NCBI GenBank assembly: GCA_963761335.1 | Contig: CAVXGR010000012.1 | Location: 768,001-832,000, forward strand | DNA: 64,000 nucleotides | Source of the DNA: an uncultured delta proteobacterium | GTDB taxonomy: Bacteria > Desulfobacterota > Binatia > HRBIN30 > BPIQ01 | Direction of reading: 5' to 3' | In this document: positions 28,618 through 38,905 of the stretch, in pieces | How the letters are laid out: each line of letters starts with the position of its first letter | How positions within the stretch are numbered: the first letter of the stretch is position 1 | Notes under the pieces: model-generated | Seen by the model: only the letters and a program-made list of their open reading frames with translations | Told to the model about the DNA's origin: nothing | Databases searched by the model: none | Program-made: the position numbers and the translations under genes

Positions 28618-29346
28618 ATGACCTACTGCATCGGTGTACTGCTGGACGAGGGGATGATCTTCGCCTCGGACTCCCGCACGAATGCCGGCGTCGACAACAT
28701 CGGCAAGTTCTGCAAGATGACGGTGTTCGAACGGCGCGGTGATCGCGTCCTCGTCTTGTTGAGCTCCGGAAATCTCGCCGGAACGCAGGCCGTGATCGGC
28801 GTGTTGAATCAGCGCTGTATCGACAACGCCGCGTCCCCCAATCTCTGGAGCGCCCGGACCATGTTCGACGCCGCCATGCTGGTCGCCGACGCGATGCGCG
28901 ATATCGAGCGCCGCGACGGTCAGTACATGCGAGAGAACCCGGCCGGATTCAACGCCTCGTTCATCGTCGGTGGGCAGATCAGCGGCGAGCCGTTGCGGCT
29001 GTTCCGCATCTATGCCGAGGGCAATTTCATCGAGGCGGGTGTCGACACACCGTACTTTCAGACAGGTGAAACCAAGTACGGCAAGCCGATCATCGACCGC
29101 GTGATTACCCGCGCTACGCCCCTCAACGAGGCCACCAAGTGCGTGCTGGTGTCGTTCGATTCCACCATGCGCAGCAACCTGTCGGTGGGCATGCCGATCG
29201 ACCTCCTTTGCTACGAGCGCGACTGTCTGGAAGTGAGGCGGAGGCGCCGATTCGACGATGGAGATGCCTATTTCACTGCACTGAGCCAAAACTGGAGTGA
29301 AGGCACGCGCCAGGTCTTTCGCCAGTTGCCCGAGCTGCAGTGGTGA
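28618..29346 (+). CDS. Proteasome-type protease (Anbu, Ntn hydrolase)
   Basis: MTYCIG with N-terminal Thr; ASDSRTNAGVD, EGNFIEA, GETKYGKPIIDR, DSTMRSNLSVGMPIDL. Confidence 0.93.
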   Translation: MTYCIGVLLDEGMIFASDSRTNAGVDNIGKFCKMTVFERRGDRVLVLLSSGNLAGTQAVIGVLNQRCIDNAASPNLWSARTMFDAAMLVADAMRDIERRDGQYMRENPAGFNASFIVGGQISGEPLRLFRIYAEGNFIEAGVDTPYFQTGETKYGKPIIDRVITRATPLNEATKCVLVSFDSTMRSNLSVGMPIDLLCYERDCLEVRRRRRFDDGDAYFTALSQNWSEGTRQVFRQLPELQW

Positions 29347-29352
29347 CCGGCC

Positions 29353-30165
29353 GTGGCGATCGACGCCTTCATGATCACCTGCGAGCACGGCGGCAACGCC
29401 ATACCAGCGCCGTATCGACGGCTGTTTCGGGGGCGACGAGCTCTCCTCGACTCCCATCGCGGCTACGATCCGGGGGCGCGGGTCATGGCGAAGGAGCTGG
29501 CCAAGGCCTTCGGGGCGCCGCTGGTGACCTCGACCGTCAGCCGCCTGCTTGTCGACCTCAACCGCTCGATCGGTCATCCACGACTCTTCTCGGCGGCGAC
29601 GCGCGGCGCACCCGCGAACCTCCGTGCACAGATCCTCGAGCAACACTACCGGCCCTATCGCGCACATATCGAGCATCTCGTCAGGCGATCGGTACTGTGC
29701 GGCCGGCACCTGATCCACATTTCGTCGCACAGCTTCACGCCGGAGCTGGCCGGCAAGGAGCGAGCTGCCGACGTGGGCTTACTCTATCACCCCGCTCGGC
29801 ACCGGGAGGCCGAGCTGTGCGCTCGCTGGAAGGCATCGCTTGCGGCATTCGCTCCGGAGCTGCGGGTGCGCCGCAATTACCCGTATGCCGGCAAAGGCGA
29901 CGGGCTCACCTCGCACTTGCGCCGGCGTTTCCCGCGCCGCGCCTACGTCGGGATTGAGCTGGAGGTCAACCAGAAGATTGTCCTCGCCCCGGGCCGCCGC
30001 TGGACGGCGCTTCGCGGCGTGCTGATCGCTTCGTTGCGCGCGGCATGCACTGCCGGAGATTTCCATCCTGAATACGCATGGCCGGGAGACGCCGCCGGAT
30101 TCAATTCAACCACCTACACCGCCAGGCGTGCGCGACCCTACGTGGCGGATAGCGGAGACCCATGA
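29353..30165 (+). CDS. N-formylglutamate amidohydrolase family protein
   Basis: ITCEHGGN, SHRGYDPGA, SRLLVDLNRS, HSFTP, NYPY, IELEVNQ. Confidence 0.9.
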   Translation: MAIDAFMITCEHGGNAIPAPYRRLFRGRRALLDSHRGYDPGARVMAKELAKAFGAPLVTSTVSRLLVDLNRSIGHPRLFSAATRGAPANLRAQILEQHYRPYRAHIEHLVRRSVLCGRHLIHISSHSFTPELAGKERAADVGLLYHPARHREAELCARWKASLAAFAPELRVRRNYPYAGKGDGLTSHLRRRFPRRAYVGIELEVNQKIVLAPGRRWTALRGVLIASLRAACTAGDFHPEYAWPGDAAGFNSTTYTARRARPYVADSGDP

Positions 30166-30977
30166 TGCAAATTCGCGTCGGCTTCGAAATGATCTACGAC
30201 TGCCCGCAGCCAACCCCGATGATATTCAACGTCAACGTCCACTTCTCTCGCGTGTCGGATCTCGTCGGCCGCGACGACCTGATGGTCGACCCGCCGGTCC
30301 CGATGGCAGGCTATCGTGACAGCTTTGGCAACTGGTGCACGCGCATCGTTGCGCCGATGGGTCGCACACGCGTCGCCACCGACGCGATCGTGAACGACAC
30401 CGGAGCCCCCGACGAGATCGTTCCTCAGGCGCAACAGGTTCCCGTGCAGAAGCTGCCCGAGGAAACGCTACTCTTCCTGCTGGGGAGCCGGTATTGCGAG
30501 ACCGATCGGCTGTCCGAGAAGGCGTGGAGTCTCTTTGGTCAGGGGCCGAGCGGCTGGGGCCGCGTTCAGGCAATCTGCGACTATGTCCATCGACATATCG
30601 CATTCGGCTACGAGCACGCACGCATGACACGGACGGCGCTGGAAGCGTTTCACGACAGGACGGGGGTCTGCCGCGACTATGCGCACCTCGCCGTTGCCTT
30701 CTGTCGGTGCATGAACATCCCGGCGCGCTACTGCACCGGCTACCTGGGTGACATCGGGGTGCCGCCGCCGCACGGCACGATGGACTTCGCGGCGTGGTTC
30801 GAGGCCTTTCTCGACGGCCATTGGTACACATTTGATGCCCGCAACAACACGCCGCGCATCGGCAGGGTGCTGATCGCGCGCGGCCGCGACGCTTCCGATG
30901 TTGCGATCAGCAGCACGTTCGGTCCCAACACATTGACGAGTTTCCGGGTATGGACCGACGAAATGCGTCCCGCTTGA
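30162..30977 (+). CDS. Transglutaminase-like family protein
   Basis: GVCRDYAHL, IPARYCTGYL, DFAAWFE, FDAR, GRDASDV. Confidence 0.92.
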   Translation: MMQIRVGFEMIYDCPQPTPMIFNVNVHFSRVSDLVGRDDLMVDPPVPMAGYRDSFGNWCTRIVAPMGRTRVATDAIVNDTGAPDEIVPQAQQVPVQKLPEETLLFLLGSRYCETDRLSEKAWSLFGQGPSGWGRVQAICDYVHRHIAFGYEHARMTRTALEAFHDRTGVCRDYAHLAVAFCRCMNIPARYCTGYLGDIGVPPPHGTMDFAAWFEAFLDGHWYTFDARNNTPRIGRVLIARGRDASDVAISSTFGPNTLTSFRVWTDEMRPA

Positions 30978-31026
30978 GTCGACCGGGATCTTCTTCCTGA
31001 CGCCCTGAGCCGCGGCGAGAAGCCGT

Positions 31027-32160
31027 TCAGCGTGCCGGTTGCAGGCCCATCTCCGCCACCGTCTCGCGCACCATCGCCAGCAGACAGCGCACGTCGGCCT
31101 CGAACAGCCGGCCGATGGTGCCGATCCGGAAGCAGTCGGCCCGGCTCACCTTGCCGGGATAGATGACCATCCCCTTCCGACTGAGGCGCGCGTAGAACTG
31201 CTCGAAGTCGAACCGCGGATCTTCGGGGTAACGGAAGGAGGTGATGATGTAGCCCTGATCTCGAGGCTCGAGAAGCTCCGCGAACCCGAGGGCGCGCATG
31301 CCGTCGACCAGGGTGGCATGATTGGCCCGATAGCGCGCCGCGCGAGCCGTAACCCCGCCTTCGTCTTCCAGCTCGCGGAGCGCCTGGTCGAGCGCCAGAA
31401 GCACGTGCGTGGGCGGTGTGAAGCGGAACTGGCCGTTGGTTTCCAGACCCCGCCACTGCGCCAGCAGATCGAGACTGAGGCTGCGCGCAAACCCCTCCGT
31501 GGCAAGCAGTGCATCCCGCCGTGCCAGGACCAAGGCGATGCCGGGAACACCCTCGAGGCACTTGTTCGCCGAGGCAATCAGGAAGTCGATGCCGCTCGCC
31601 GGGGGATCGATCGGCACCGCGCCGAAGCTGCTCATGGCGTCGACACAGAAGACCAGGCCGAAGCCCCGGACGACGCGCCCGATGGCGTCGATCGGGTTGA
31701 TGATGCCGGTCGTGGTCTCGCAGTGCACCATCACCACGTTGGTGATGCGCGCCTCGCGGGCCAGCACCGCCGCGACCTCCTCGGGCACCGGCGTCGTGTC
31801 CTCGGCGCAGCGCAGGACCGTGTGCTCGAGCCTCAGCACGGCCGCCATCTGTGCGATGCGCTCGCCGTAGGCGCCGTTGGCGACGACCAGCAGCTTGCCG
31901 TCCGGCGGCACGGTGGACGACACGACCGCTTCCACCGCGAAGGTGCCGCTGCCCTGTATCAACACGGCTTCGTAACCGGCCTCCGCGGAGACTCCGCCGA
32001 CGACCAGGAGGCGTTTGCGGACGCTGCGCACCAGCTCGATGAACTCCGCATCCCTCGAGCCGAGGTCCCGCAACATTGCCAGCTTGACCGTGCGACTCGT
32101 GGTCAGCGGGCCCGGCGTGAACAGAAGCTTGTCCTTGGCTGGATTGGGCGATCGTTCCAC
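31027..32160 (-). CDS. phnW: 2-aminoethylphosphonate--pyruvate transaminase
   Basis: [65 protein letters not shown]. Confidence 0.93.
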   Translation of the reverse strand: MERSPNPAKDKLLFTPGPLTTSRTVKLAMLRDLGSRDAEFIELVRSVRKRLLVVGGVSAEAGYEAVLIQGSGTFAVEAVVSSTVPPDGKLLVVANGAYGERIAQMAAVLRLEHTVLRCAEDTTPVPEEVAAVLAREARITNVVMVHCETTTGIINPIDAIGRVVRGFGLVFCVDAMSSFGAVPIDPPASGIDFLIASANKCLEGVPGIALVLARRDALLATEGFARSLSLDLLAQWRGLETNGQFRFTPPTHVLLALDQALRELEDEGGVTARAARYRANHATLVDGMRALGFAELLEPRDQGYIITSFRYPEDPRFDFEQFYARLSRKGMVIYPGKVSRADCFRIGTIGRLFEADVRCLLAMVRETVAEMGLQPAR

Positions 32161-32174
32161 CGGGTGGTCCCCTT

Positions 32175-32687
32175 TCACCGCAGCGAGCGCAACAGCGCCG
32201 GCAGGCCCGCTATGCTCCGAATCAGGTGCGTGTGCGGGAATGGCTCGAGATCGGCGCGGGTGTGCGAGCCGCTGGTGACGCCCACGACCAGCCCGCACCC
32301 CGCAGCCCGGCCCTCCTCCAGATCCGCCGGCGTATCGCCGACCTTGGCAACGCGCGCCGCGTCGGTCACGCCGGTCAGATCCATGGCGCGCCGCACCAAG
32401 TCGGGGTACGGACGTCCGCGCGGCACTTCATCGCTGGAAACGCTGGCGTCGATCGACGGCGAGCGCAGCCAACCGAGCCGATGCCGGATGAGTGGCCGTT
32501 TGCCGTAGTGACGTTCCATGAGCCACTGGATGGCCACCGGCTTGGGGATACCCATGACTTGCTTGACCATGTCGCGCGACACGGCACAGCCCGCTGCGTC
32601 GAGCGCGGCCCGCAGACAGGTGTTCACCGCGTCGCCGTCGTAAACGGTCGTCCCCGCCATGTCAAAGACCACCAGCTCGATGCGCAT
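32175..32687 (-). CDS. Phosphonatase-like HAD hydrolase with an apparent in-frame internal deletion (possible pseudogene)
   Basis: FDMAGTT, GRPYPD and KVGDTPADL present; only 170 aa and no HAD motif II segment. Confidence 0.7.
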   Translation of the reverse strand: MRIELVVFDMAGTTVYDGDAVNTCLRAALDAAGCAVSRDMVKQVMGIPKPVAIQWLMERHYGKRPLIRHRLGWLRSPSIDASVSSDEVPRGRPYPDLVRRAMDLTGVTDAARVAKVGDTPADLEEGRAAGCGLVVGVTSGSHTRADLEPFPHTHLIRSIAGLPALLRSLR

Positions 32688-32751
32688 CACACCTCCCCCA
32701 GGCCCCGATAGGCACGGGTATCGGACCGGGGCAAGTGAACGATCCATGACG

Positions 32752-33177
32752 TAGGGAGGATTTTGAAATGAAGCGCGGTCAACTTCGATTCACCACAACC
32801 CCCGATTCGTTGAGTTGAACCCGACTTCCCGAGGTTGCATCTGTGGCCGGGAGCTCGGAGATCATTCGCCCCGGAGGGGCGCAGGCGTGTCGCCCCGGGT
32901 CGGAGACCCGGGGCTCCCGAAGTCGACGTCCGTTGGCGCCCCGCCAGGGGCGCGGGCGCGGTTTTGACACAGGCCTCTGCACCCGGGCTTGCACGCCTGC
33001 GCCCCTGGCGGGGCGCATCGGGGAAGACGGACCCGGGATCCCCGGGTCTCCGACCCGGGGCTACATGCCTGCGCCGCTCCGCGGCGCGATCCTCCAGCCC
33101 AAGTTGGGTCGTGGGGGATTTTGATCGGTAAGGATGATTTTGAAACGAAACGCGGTTGATCTCGAGATCCACCACTA
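32752..33177. mobile_element. MITE-like element with TAG...CTA ends and 12-bp target duplication, containing a REPIN
   Basis: Flanks cgatccatgacg (32740-32751) and caatccatgacg (33178-33189); ends TAGGGAGGA / TCCACCACTA; internal ~40-bp imperfect direct repeat near each end. Confidence 0.6.
32867..33086. repeat. REPIN-like inverted doublet of GTAG-type REP hairpins
   Basis: gtcgccccgggtcggagacccgggg ... ccccgggtctccgacccggggctac; homologous to 44890-45147. Confidence 0.75.
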
Positions 33178-33393
33178 CAATCCATGACGTCTGCTGCTGG
33201 CGCACGTGCGTTCCACATCGGGAAGTTTCCTCAATTCCCCCCGGCCGCGTCTCGGGAGAGCCCAGCTGCTTCCGGCGCCTCGGCGGCGCGAGGACCGTTG
33301 ACGACTACCAGAACTCGGCCCATCATCAGGCCGGTCGTCAAATGGATCCGCGCCTCGGCCTCGACGGCGCGGACGCAGATGAAGGAGAGTCTC

Positions 33394-33684
33394 ATGATGT
33401 TCCGCAAAGGGTACATCTGGGTCGCCGCCATGGTCCTCGGCGCCGCCTCGGCGACAGCCGTGTTGGCGCAGAACTATGGCGACACGATGAAAGACGCCGC
33501 CAAGGACGCCGCCAAACAACAGGTGGAAGACGCCGGCAAGGCGGTCGGCGCTGACACCGCGCCGGGCGCCGCGGTGGCGCCCGCTGATGACACGGCGCCA
33601 GGGGACACAATGGCGCCGGATGATGACGCCGGCGGTGGCGCCGACACCGAGGACAACGGCGGCAAAGACGACGGCGACGAATGA
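33394..33684 (+). CDS. Small secreted acidic low-complexity protein
   Basis: AAGGAG RBS; signal peptide ending AVLA; Asp/Ala/Gly-rich mature region. Confidence 0.65.
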   Translation: MMFRKGYIWVAAMVLGAASATAVLAQNYGDTMKDAAKDAAKQQVEDAGKAVGADTAPGAAVAPADDTAPGDTMAPDDDAGGGADTEDNGGKDDGDE

Positions 33685-33840
33685 GGGTCGCATCTCCCCG
33701 GCGAGAGAGGGCGAGCGCCAGATTCAGCTTCCACGCCGCTTCGGGACTGGCCCGCACTCATGGACACCCTCCTCTGGGCACACGCATGCCAGGGAGGGTG
33801 TCGTCGCCTCGGGATAGCTGCGGCCCGAACCCCTTGATTC

Positions 33841-35754
33841 ATGGTCAGCGGCGCTGCTCGTGCGGCTGCTGCCCGGCGTCGAGATGCGCTGAGGAGAGCC
33901 GTGTATCACCGCCTCGCCGCTGTCCTCTTGCTGGTGTCGCTCTGCCCGGCGACCTCTCTCGCAAGGTCGCATCGAGGCGGCGGTTGGCTCTCCTCCGGCG
34001 AGACCTGGCTCGACTTCCACGACGACACGCCCCGGCCCAAACCCAGCGAGGCGCAGCAGCAGGACGGCTTCATCCCCTTCCGCCGCAGCGTGCTCGAGCG
34101 CATTTACTCGACCTCCTGGCCGCAGCCGGGTCAGGAGGTCGGCACCGTCGACCTGCAGGCGGCCCGCGGCGAGTACGAGGCAGCGCAGGTGGGCGTATAT
34201 GCGCTGCGCGACTTGAAGCAACTGCAGGTTACGGTCTCCGACCTCGAGGACGGCGCGCATCACGTCATCCCCTCTGCGTCGATCGTCGTGCGCATGGAGC
34301 GGTATTACGGGGTGCGCTTGTCGATCCGCGTCAAGGACCGTTTCGGGGTGGTCCCCAAGACGTTGGAGGTCGCCGTGCCCATCGACGTGCCCGCGGGCAC
34401 CACGCGGCCGTACTGGATCACGGTGCACGTGCCCGACGAGCAACCGGGCGGTCTGTATCGGGGTTCGATTGCCTTCGCCCACGAGGGCCGCCGGACGAGC
34501 CTGGCGATCACCGTGGAGGTCGTGCCGATCAAGCTGCTGGAGGCGGACGTCCTCTACGGCATGCTCTCCATGAATGCCCTGGCACACGCCGGCCGGGCGC
34601 TGGAGCGCGAAGGCATCGACGGATCACAGGAGATCTCCGAGGCGCTCAACGACCGCCGGGGGTCGCGCGCCGGACTTCTCGTGCAGGAGGCCGATCTGAT
34701 GGTCGCCGATCAGCGCGAGCACGGCATGACGACGTTCAACCCGCGCTCCGACGACACCTATCGCGAGAGGGACGGCCACCCGGACCTGCCCGATCTCGAG
34801 CTCGGCATGGAGCTGTACCGCAAGTACCACTTCCCGCAGCCGATGGTGTACTTCCCGGTGAATCTCCTGAAGACCAACAAGATCAATCGCTCGTGGAACT
34901 ACAAGCAGTACGACCCGGCGGTAGACATCCCCATGGCGCGCAAGATCGCCGCCTATTACACGCAGCGTTTTCGCGACGCCGGCCTTCCCGGGATCGTTTT
35001 CGTCCCCGTGGAGGAGCCCAACCTGCGCTCCGGCGTCAGTCGACTCGATGCGCCGGACACGCGCCAGAAGATCGCCCACGAGCTCAACCGCGCCATGAAG
35101 GAGGCGGGCGGCACCATGGCCATGACCTGCACTCCCGAGTCGGTGAAGTGCGCCATGGAGTACCTCACGTACTGGATCATGGCCTTCAAGCGCTTCACGC
35201 CGCGCGTCTACGAGATGGCGAAGCAGGCGGGGGCCAAGCTCTGCATCTACGCCAACGGCACGGTGATGGGTCAGGGTACCTACTTCCCGCGCTTCCTCTT
35301 CGGCTACTTCGTCTGGGCCAACCAGCTGAAGGGCATGTTGCCGTGGACCTATCCGCTGCAGCCGAATCACTTTCCGCGGAATCCCGGCCATCGCGCCGAG
35401 GGCGGCTTGAATGTGCGCGACGGCTTCATCGGACTCGACGGCAAGCCGATCCCGACGATTCAGTGGGAGCTCTGCCGCGAGGGCATCGACGACGCCCGTT
35501 ATCTGGTGACCATCGAGTCGCTCATCCCGCAGGCCCGCGCCCGCGGCACCAGCGCCGCCGGCCGCGCCGCGGACGACGCCGAGCGGCTCCTCGCCGAGAT
35601 CCGCGCCGGCGTCGGCAGAGACGTCACCCAGTACAGCTTCGAGGATCCGCAGACCTTCGAGCCCCGGCCCAGCGGCGGCTGGGACGCGGCGCGCTTCGAG
35701 GCAACCCGACGGCGCTCGTTTACCGTGCTGCAGGAGCTCCTAGCTGTGAGTTGA
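33841..35754 (+). CDS. Secreted glycoside-hydrolase-123-like / DUF4091 protein
   Basis: Hydrophobic leader; AARGEYEAAQV, YWITVHVP...GLYRG, VEEP, WELCREGIDDARY. Confidence 0.7.
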   Translation: MVSGAARAAAARRRDALRRAVYHRLAAVLLLVSLCPATSLARSHRGGGWLSSGETWLDFHDDTPRPKPSEAQQQDGFIPFRRSVLERIYSTSWPQPGQEVGTVDLQAARGEYEAAQVGVYALRDLKQLQVTVSDLEDGAHHVIPSASIVVRMERYYGVRLSIRVKDRFGVVPKTLEVAVPIDVPAGTTRPYWITVHVPDEQPGGLYRGSIAFAHEGRRTSLAITVEVVPIKLLEADVLYGMLSMNALAHAGRALEREGIDGSQEISEALNDRRGSRAGLLVQEADLMVADQREHGMTTFNPRSDDTYRERDGHPDLPDLELGMELYRKYHFPQPMVYFPVNLLKTNKINRSWNYKQYDPAVDIPMARKIAAYYTQRFRDAGLPGIVFVPVEEPNLRSGVSRLDAPDTRQKIAHELNRAMKEAGGTMAMTCTPESVKCAMEYLTYWIMAFKRFTPRVYEMAKQAGAKLCIYANGTVMGQGTYFPRFLFGYFVWANQLKGMLPWTYPLQPNHFPRNPGHRAEGGLNVRDGFIGLDGKPIPTIQWELCREGIDDARYLVTIESLIPQARARGTSAAGRAADDAERLLAEIRAGVGRDVTQYSFEDPQTFEPRPSGGWDAARFEATRRRSFTVLQELLAVS

Positions 35755-35823
35755 GCCTCATCCGAGTTTCCGGCTTCGACAACGGCGCTGGCGCACCCGG
35801 CGCCTTGGCGCTACAGAAATGCG

Positions 35824-36315
35824 ATGACCGACAGAGACGAGAGGCCGCCTTTCGTGCGCGCTTGGCTATCGCGTAAGCCTGGTCAGCTTCTCGGGCGCGG
35901 CCACCCGGCGGGAGACTTTCTGGAGGCCTACGAGTGGAGGGTCCTCGAGGAGGGCAAAGGTATCCTGCGCCTGCGGGCCCACCTGCCAGCGCACGTGAAG
36001 AACCCGCGCGGGCAGCTCTTCGGGGGCTTCACGCCGACCTACGTGGATCTGGTAGCGCTGCTCACGGTGCGCGCCGGCGAAGCGCGCGAGGTGTCCGGCT
36101 TCCGCACCTGGCTGGCGACCACCAACATGCGGGTGGACTATTTCGAGCCCATCGTCGGCCCCGAGTTCCTGATCGAGAGCCGCCTGCTCAAGAAGCGCGG
36201 TCGTACCAACTTCGCCGAGACCCGGTTCTTCGCACCCGACGACGATACCTTGGCCGTCTACGCCGTCACGACCATGCGCGAGGTCGAGCTCGAGCGGCGC
36301 TTGGGAGACGGCTGA
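35824..36315 (+). CDS. PaaI-family (hotdog) thioesterase
   Basis: NPRGQLFGG, TTNMRVDYFEP, KKRGRT. Confidence 0.8.
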   Translation: MTDRDERPPFVRAWLSRKPGQLLGRGHPAGDFLEAYEWRVLEEGKGILRLRAHLPAHVKNPRGQLFGGFTPTYVDLVALLTVRAGEAREVSGFRTWLATTNMRVDYFEPIVGPEFLIESRLLKKRGRTNFAETRFFAPDDDTLAVYAVTTMREVELERRLGDG

Positions 36316-36432
36316 GCGTACAGCCCTCGCGAGACAACGCCGCTGCCCATTCATGCAGGCCGTGCTGGCTGGTTAGGCAGCGGAAGCTGTCCCCCGCATG
36401 GCCACGCTCGCCAGGAAGCCGTGCGGCGCGCC

Positions 36433-36449
36433 TGGGTACGCGACTTGCA
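36433..36449 (+). promoter_or_regulatory. Candidate sigma54 -24/-12 promoter upstream of glgP
   Basis: tgGGTACGcgacTTGCa, GG-N10-GC spacing. Confidence 0.5.
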
Positions 36450-36500
36450 CCACGATGTCTGCTAATTGGTCAACACAGTTGTGGGTTCGGCCGGTCGCAA

Positions 36501-38711
36501 ATGTCATCAAAGCGTAAGTTGGGGATGGGGGGGCCTGTTCGCGAAGCCATTGGGCGCCAGCCCGCGGGCAGTCTGGCTGCCGGCGACGAGCTCGGCGAGC
36601 GCCTGCGTGCGCTCGCCTCGAATCTCTGGTGGACGTGGAATCCCGACGTCGTCAACATCTTCCGCGACCTCGACCCGATCCGCTGGCGCGAGCTCGATCA
36701 CAATCCCGTCGGCCTCCTGAACGAGCTGACGCCCGAACGCATCGAGGCTCGCGCCCGCGAGCTGGCGCTGCACAGCCGCATCCACCAGGCGCACCGGCGT
36801 CTGCACGAGTATCTTCGCCACCGAGCGACCTGGGGCGACGTGCACGCCGGCGTGTTGCTCAGCAAGCCGGTGGTGTACTTCTCCGCCGAGTTCGGGCTGC
36901 ACGAGTCGATGCCGATCTACTCCGGTGGCCTCGGGGTGCTCTCTGGCGACCACGTCAAGAGCGCCTCGGACCTCGGCGTGCCCCTGATCGGCGTCGGACT
37001 GCTCTACTCGCAAGGCTACTTCGTCCAGCGTCTCGACCGCACCGGCTGGCAGCACGAGAACTACGTCGACGTCGACGTCGAGCGACTGCCGCTGAGTCTC
37101 GTGCACACCGCCGACGGCCAACCGCTGTCGGTCGAGATCGAGACGCGCCGCGGCAGCCTCGCGGCGCGGGTCTGGCGTCTGACCGCGGGGCGCGTCGTGC
37201 TCCTGCTGCTCGACCCGGACTGCGAGGGCAATCCGCCCGGGGAACGCGACCTCATGGCCCGCCTCTACGGCGGCGATGCCGGCACCCGCATCCGGCAAGA
37301 GCTACTGCTCGGCGTCGGCGGGGTCCGTGCCCTGCACGCGCTCGGCATCACGCCGGGAGTCTTGCATCTGAACGAAGGCCACAGCGCCTTCGCGACCCTG
37401 GAGCAGGTGCGGCTGCAAATGGCGGCCAACGCCATGCCGTTCGAGGAAGCGGCGCGCAGTGTGGCGAGGATGACCTGCTTCACGACGCACACGCCGGTCC
37501 CCGCCGGTCACGATCGCTTCCCGCCCGAGCTGGTGGAGGAGTACCTCGGGCCGCTGCGCGACGCCTGCGGGCTTTCGCACGACCAGCTGCTCGCCCTCGG
37601 GCGGGTCGAGCCGCAGAATCCGTCGGAGGAATTCTGCATGACCGTTCTGGCGCTCAAATTGAGCCGCTACGCCAACGGGGTCTCGGCTCTGCACGGCGGA
37701 GTCAGCCGCCGGATGTGGAGCTGCCTCTGGCCCGAACGCGCCTCGCACGAGGTTCCGATCGGACACGTCACCAACGGAGTGCACGTGCATTCGTGGCTCG
37801 CCCCGCAGATGCGGACGCTTTACGACCGGCACATGGGCGCCGCCTGGGCGGAGCGCAGCGGCGAGCCCGACGTCTGGGCGGGCGCCGAGGCGATCGACGA
37901 CGGCGAGCTGTGGGAGACGCATCAGGTGCTCAAGGCGCGCCTCCTCGACTTCGTGCGGCGGAGGAACGTCCGCCGGCTGACCCGCAACGGGGAGTCGGAG
38001 GAGACCATCGCGGCGGCGCGCCAAGCGTTGGACCTGGAGGTGTTGACGATCGGCTTCGCCCGCCGTTTCGCGACCTACAAGCGCGCCACTCTCCTGTTAC
38101 AGCAGCTCGAGAGGTTGCTGCCGCTCGTCCGGCATACCTTTACGCCGATCCAGCTGGTCTTCGCCGGCAAGGCGCACCCCCGCGACGACGCCGGCAAGCA
38201 TCTGCTCCGCGAGATCGCCGAGCTGACCCGTTCCCCCGGGTTCACCGGCCGCGTGGTGTTCATCGAGGACTACGACATCAACGTCGGCCGGCACCTCGTC
38301 GAGGGGGTCGACGTGTGGCTCAACAATCCGCGGCGCCCGCTCGAAGCCTCCGGCACGAGCGGCCAGAAGGTGGTGTTGAACGGCGGTCTCAATCTCTCCG
38401 TCCTCGACGGATGGTGGGCGGAGGCCTACGACGGACTCAATGGGTTCGCGATCGGAAACGGCGCCACACACACGGACCCGGCCGTCCAAGACCGCCGCGA
38501 TGCCGAGGACCTGTACGGAGCCCTCGAAGGACAGGTCGTCCCCCTCTACTATCGGCGCGACCGCGACGGACTGCCGCGCGCCTGGCTGGCGCGCATGAAG
38601 CGCGGCATCCGAACCCTGGGCTGGCGCTTCAACGCCGACCGCATGGTGATGGACTACGTCCGTCACTGCTACCTGCCCGCCGCGGGCGGGATCTCCTGCC
38701 GGATGCCCTGA
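36501..38711 (+). CDS. glgP: Alpha-glucan (glycogen) phosphorylase; start 36501 or 36525
   Basis: NLWWTW, YFSAEFG, YSGGLGVLSGDH, HLNEGH, TNGVH, ARRFATYKR, EASGTSGQK. Confidence 0.95.
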   Translation: MSSKRKLGMGGPVREAIGRQPAGSLAAGDELGERLRALASNLWWTWNPDVVNIFRDLDPIRWRELDHNPVGLLNELTPERIEARARELALHSRIHQAHRRLHEYLRHRATWGDVHAGVLLSKPVVYFSAEFGLHESMPIYSGGLGVLSGDHVKSASDLGVPLIGVGLLYSQGYFVQRLDRTGWQHENYVDVDVERLPLSLVHTADGQPLSVEIETRRGSLAARVWRLTAGRVVLLLLDPDCEGNPPGERDLMARLYGGDAGTRIRQELLLGVGGVRALHALGITPGVLHLNEGHSAFATLEQVRLQMAANAMPFEEAARSVARMTCFTTHTPVPAGHDRFPPELVEEYLGPLRDACGLSHDQLLALGRVEPQNPSEEFCMTVLALKLSRYANGVSALHGGVSRRMWSCLWPERASHEVPIGHVTNGVHVHSWLAPQMRTLYDRHMGAAWAERSGEPDVWAGAEAIDDGELWETHQVLKARLLDFVRRRNVRRLTRNGESEETIAAARQALDLEVLTIGFARRFATYKRATLLLQQLERLLPLVRHTFTPIQLVFAGKAHPRDDAGKHLLREIAELTRSPGFTGRVVFIEDYDINVGRHLVEGVDVWLNNPRRPLEASGTSGQKVVLNGGLNLSVLDGWWAEAYDGLNGFAIGNGATHTDPAVQDRRDAEDLYGALEGQVVPLYYRRDRDGLPRAWLARMKRGIRTLGWRFNADRMVMDYVRHCYLPAAGGISCRMP

Positions 38712-38905
38712 GCGGCGGCGGAAAGCCGTTCAGCGACATGAGCCGGGCTGCTTCCCGCCCGGCGAGCAGCCGAAACCCTGGCGCGGAGTCCTTTCCTGTG
38801 CCATCGGGAGGGACAGGTTCCTATCGGGGCGGAAGCGGACGGGAACTGGGACCTTGGGAGAAAGAGAACGAATCATGCGGATCATGACAGCCTCGAGAAT
38901 CAGCC

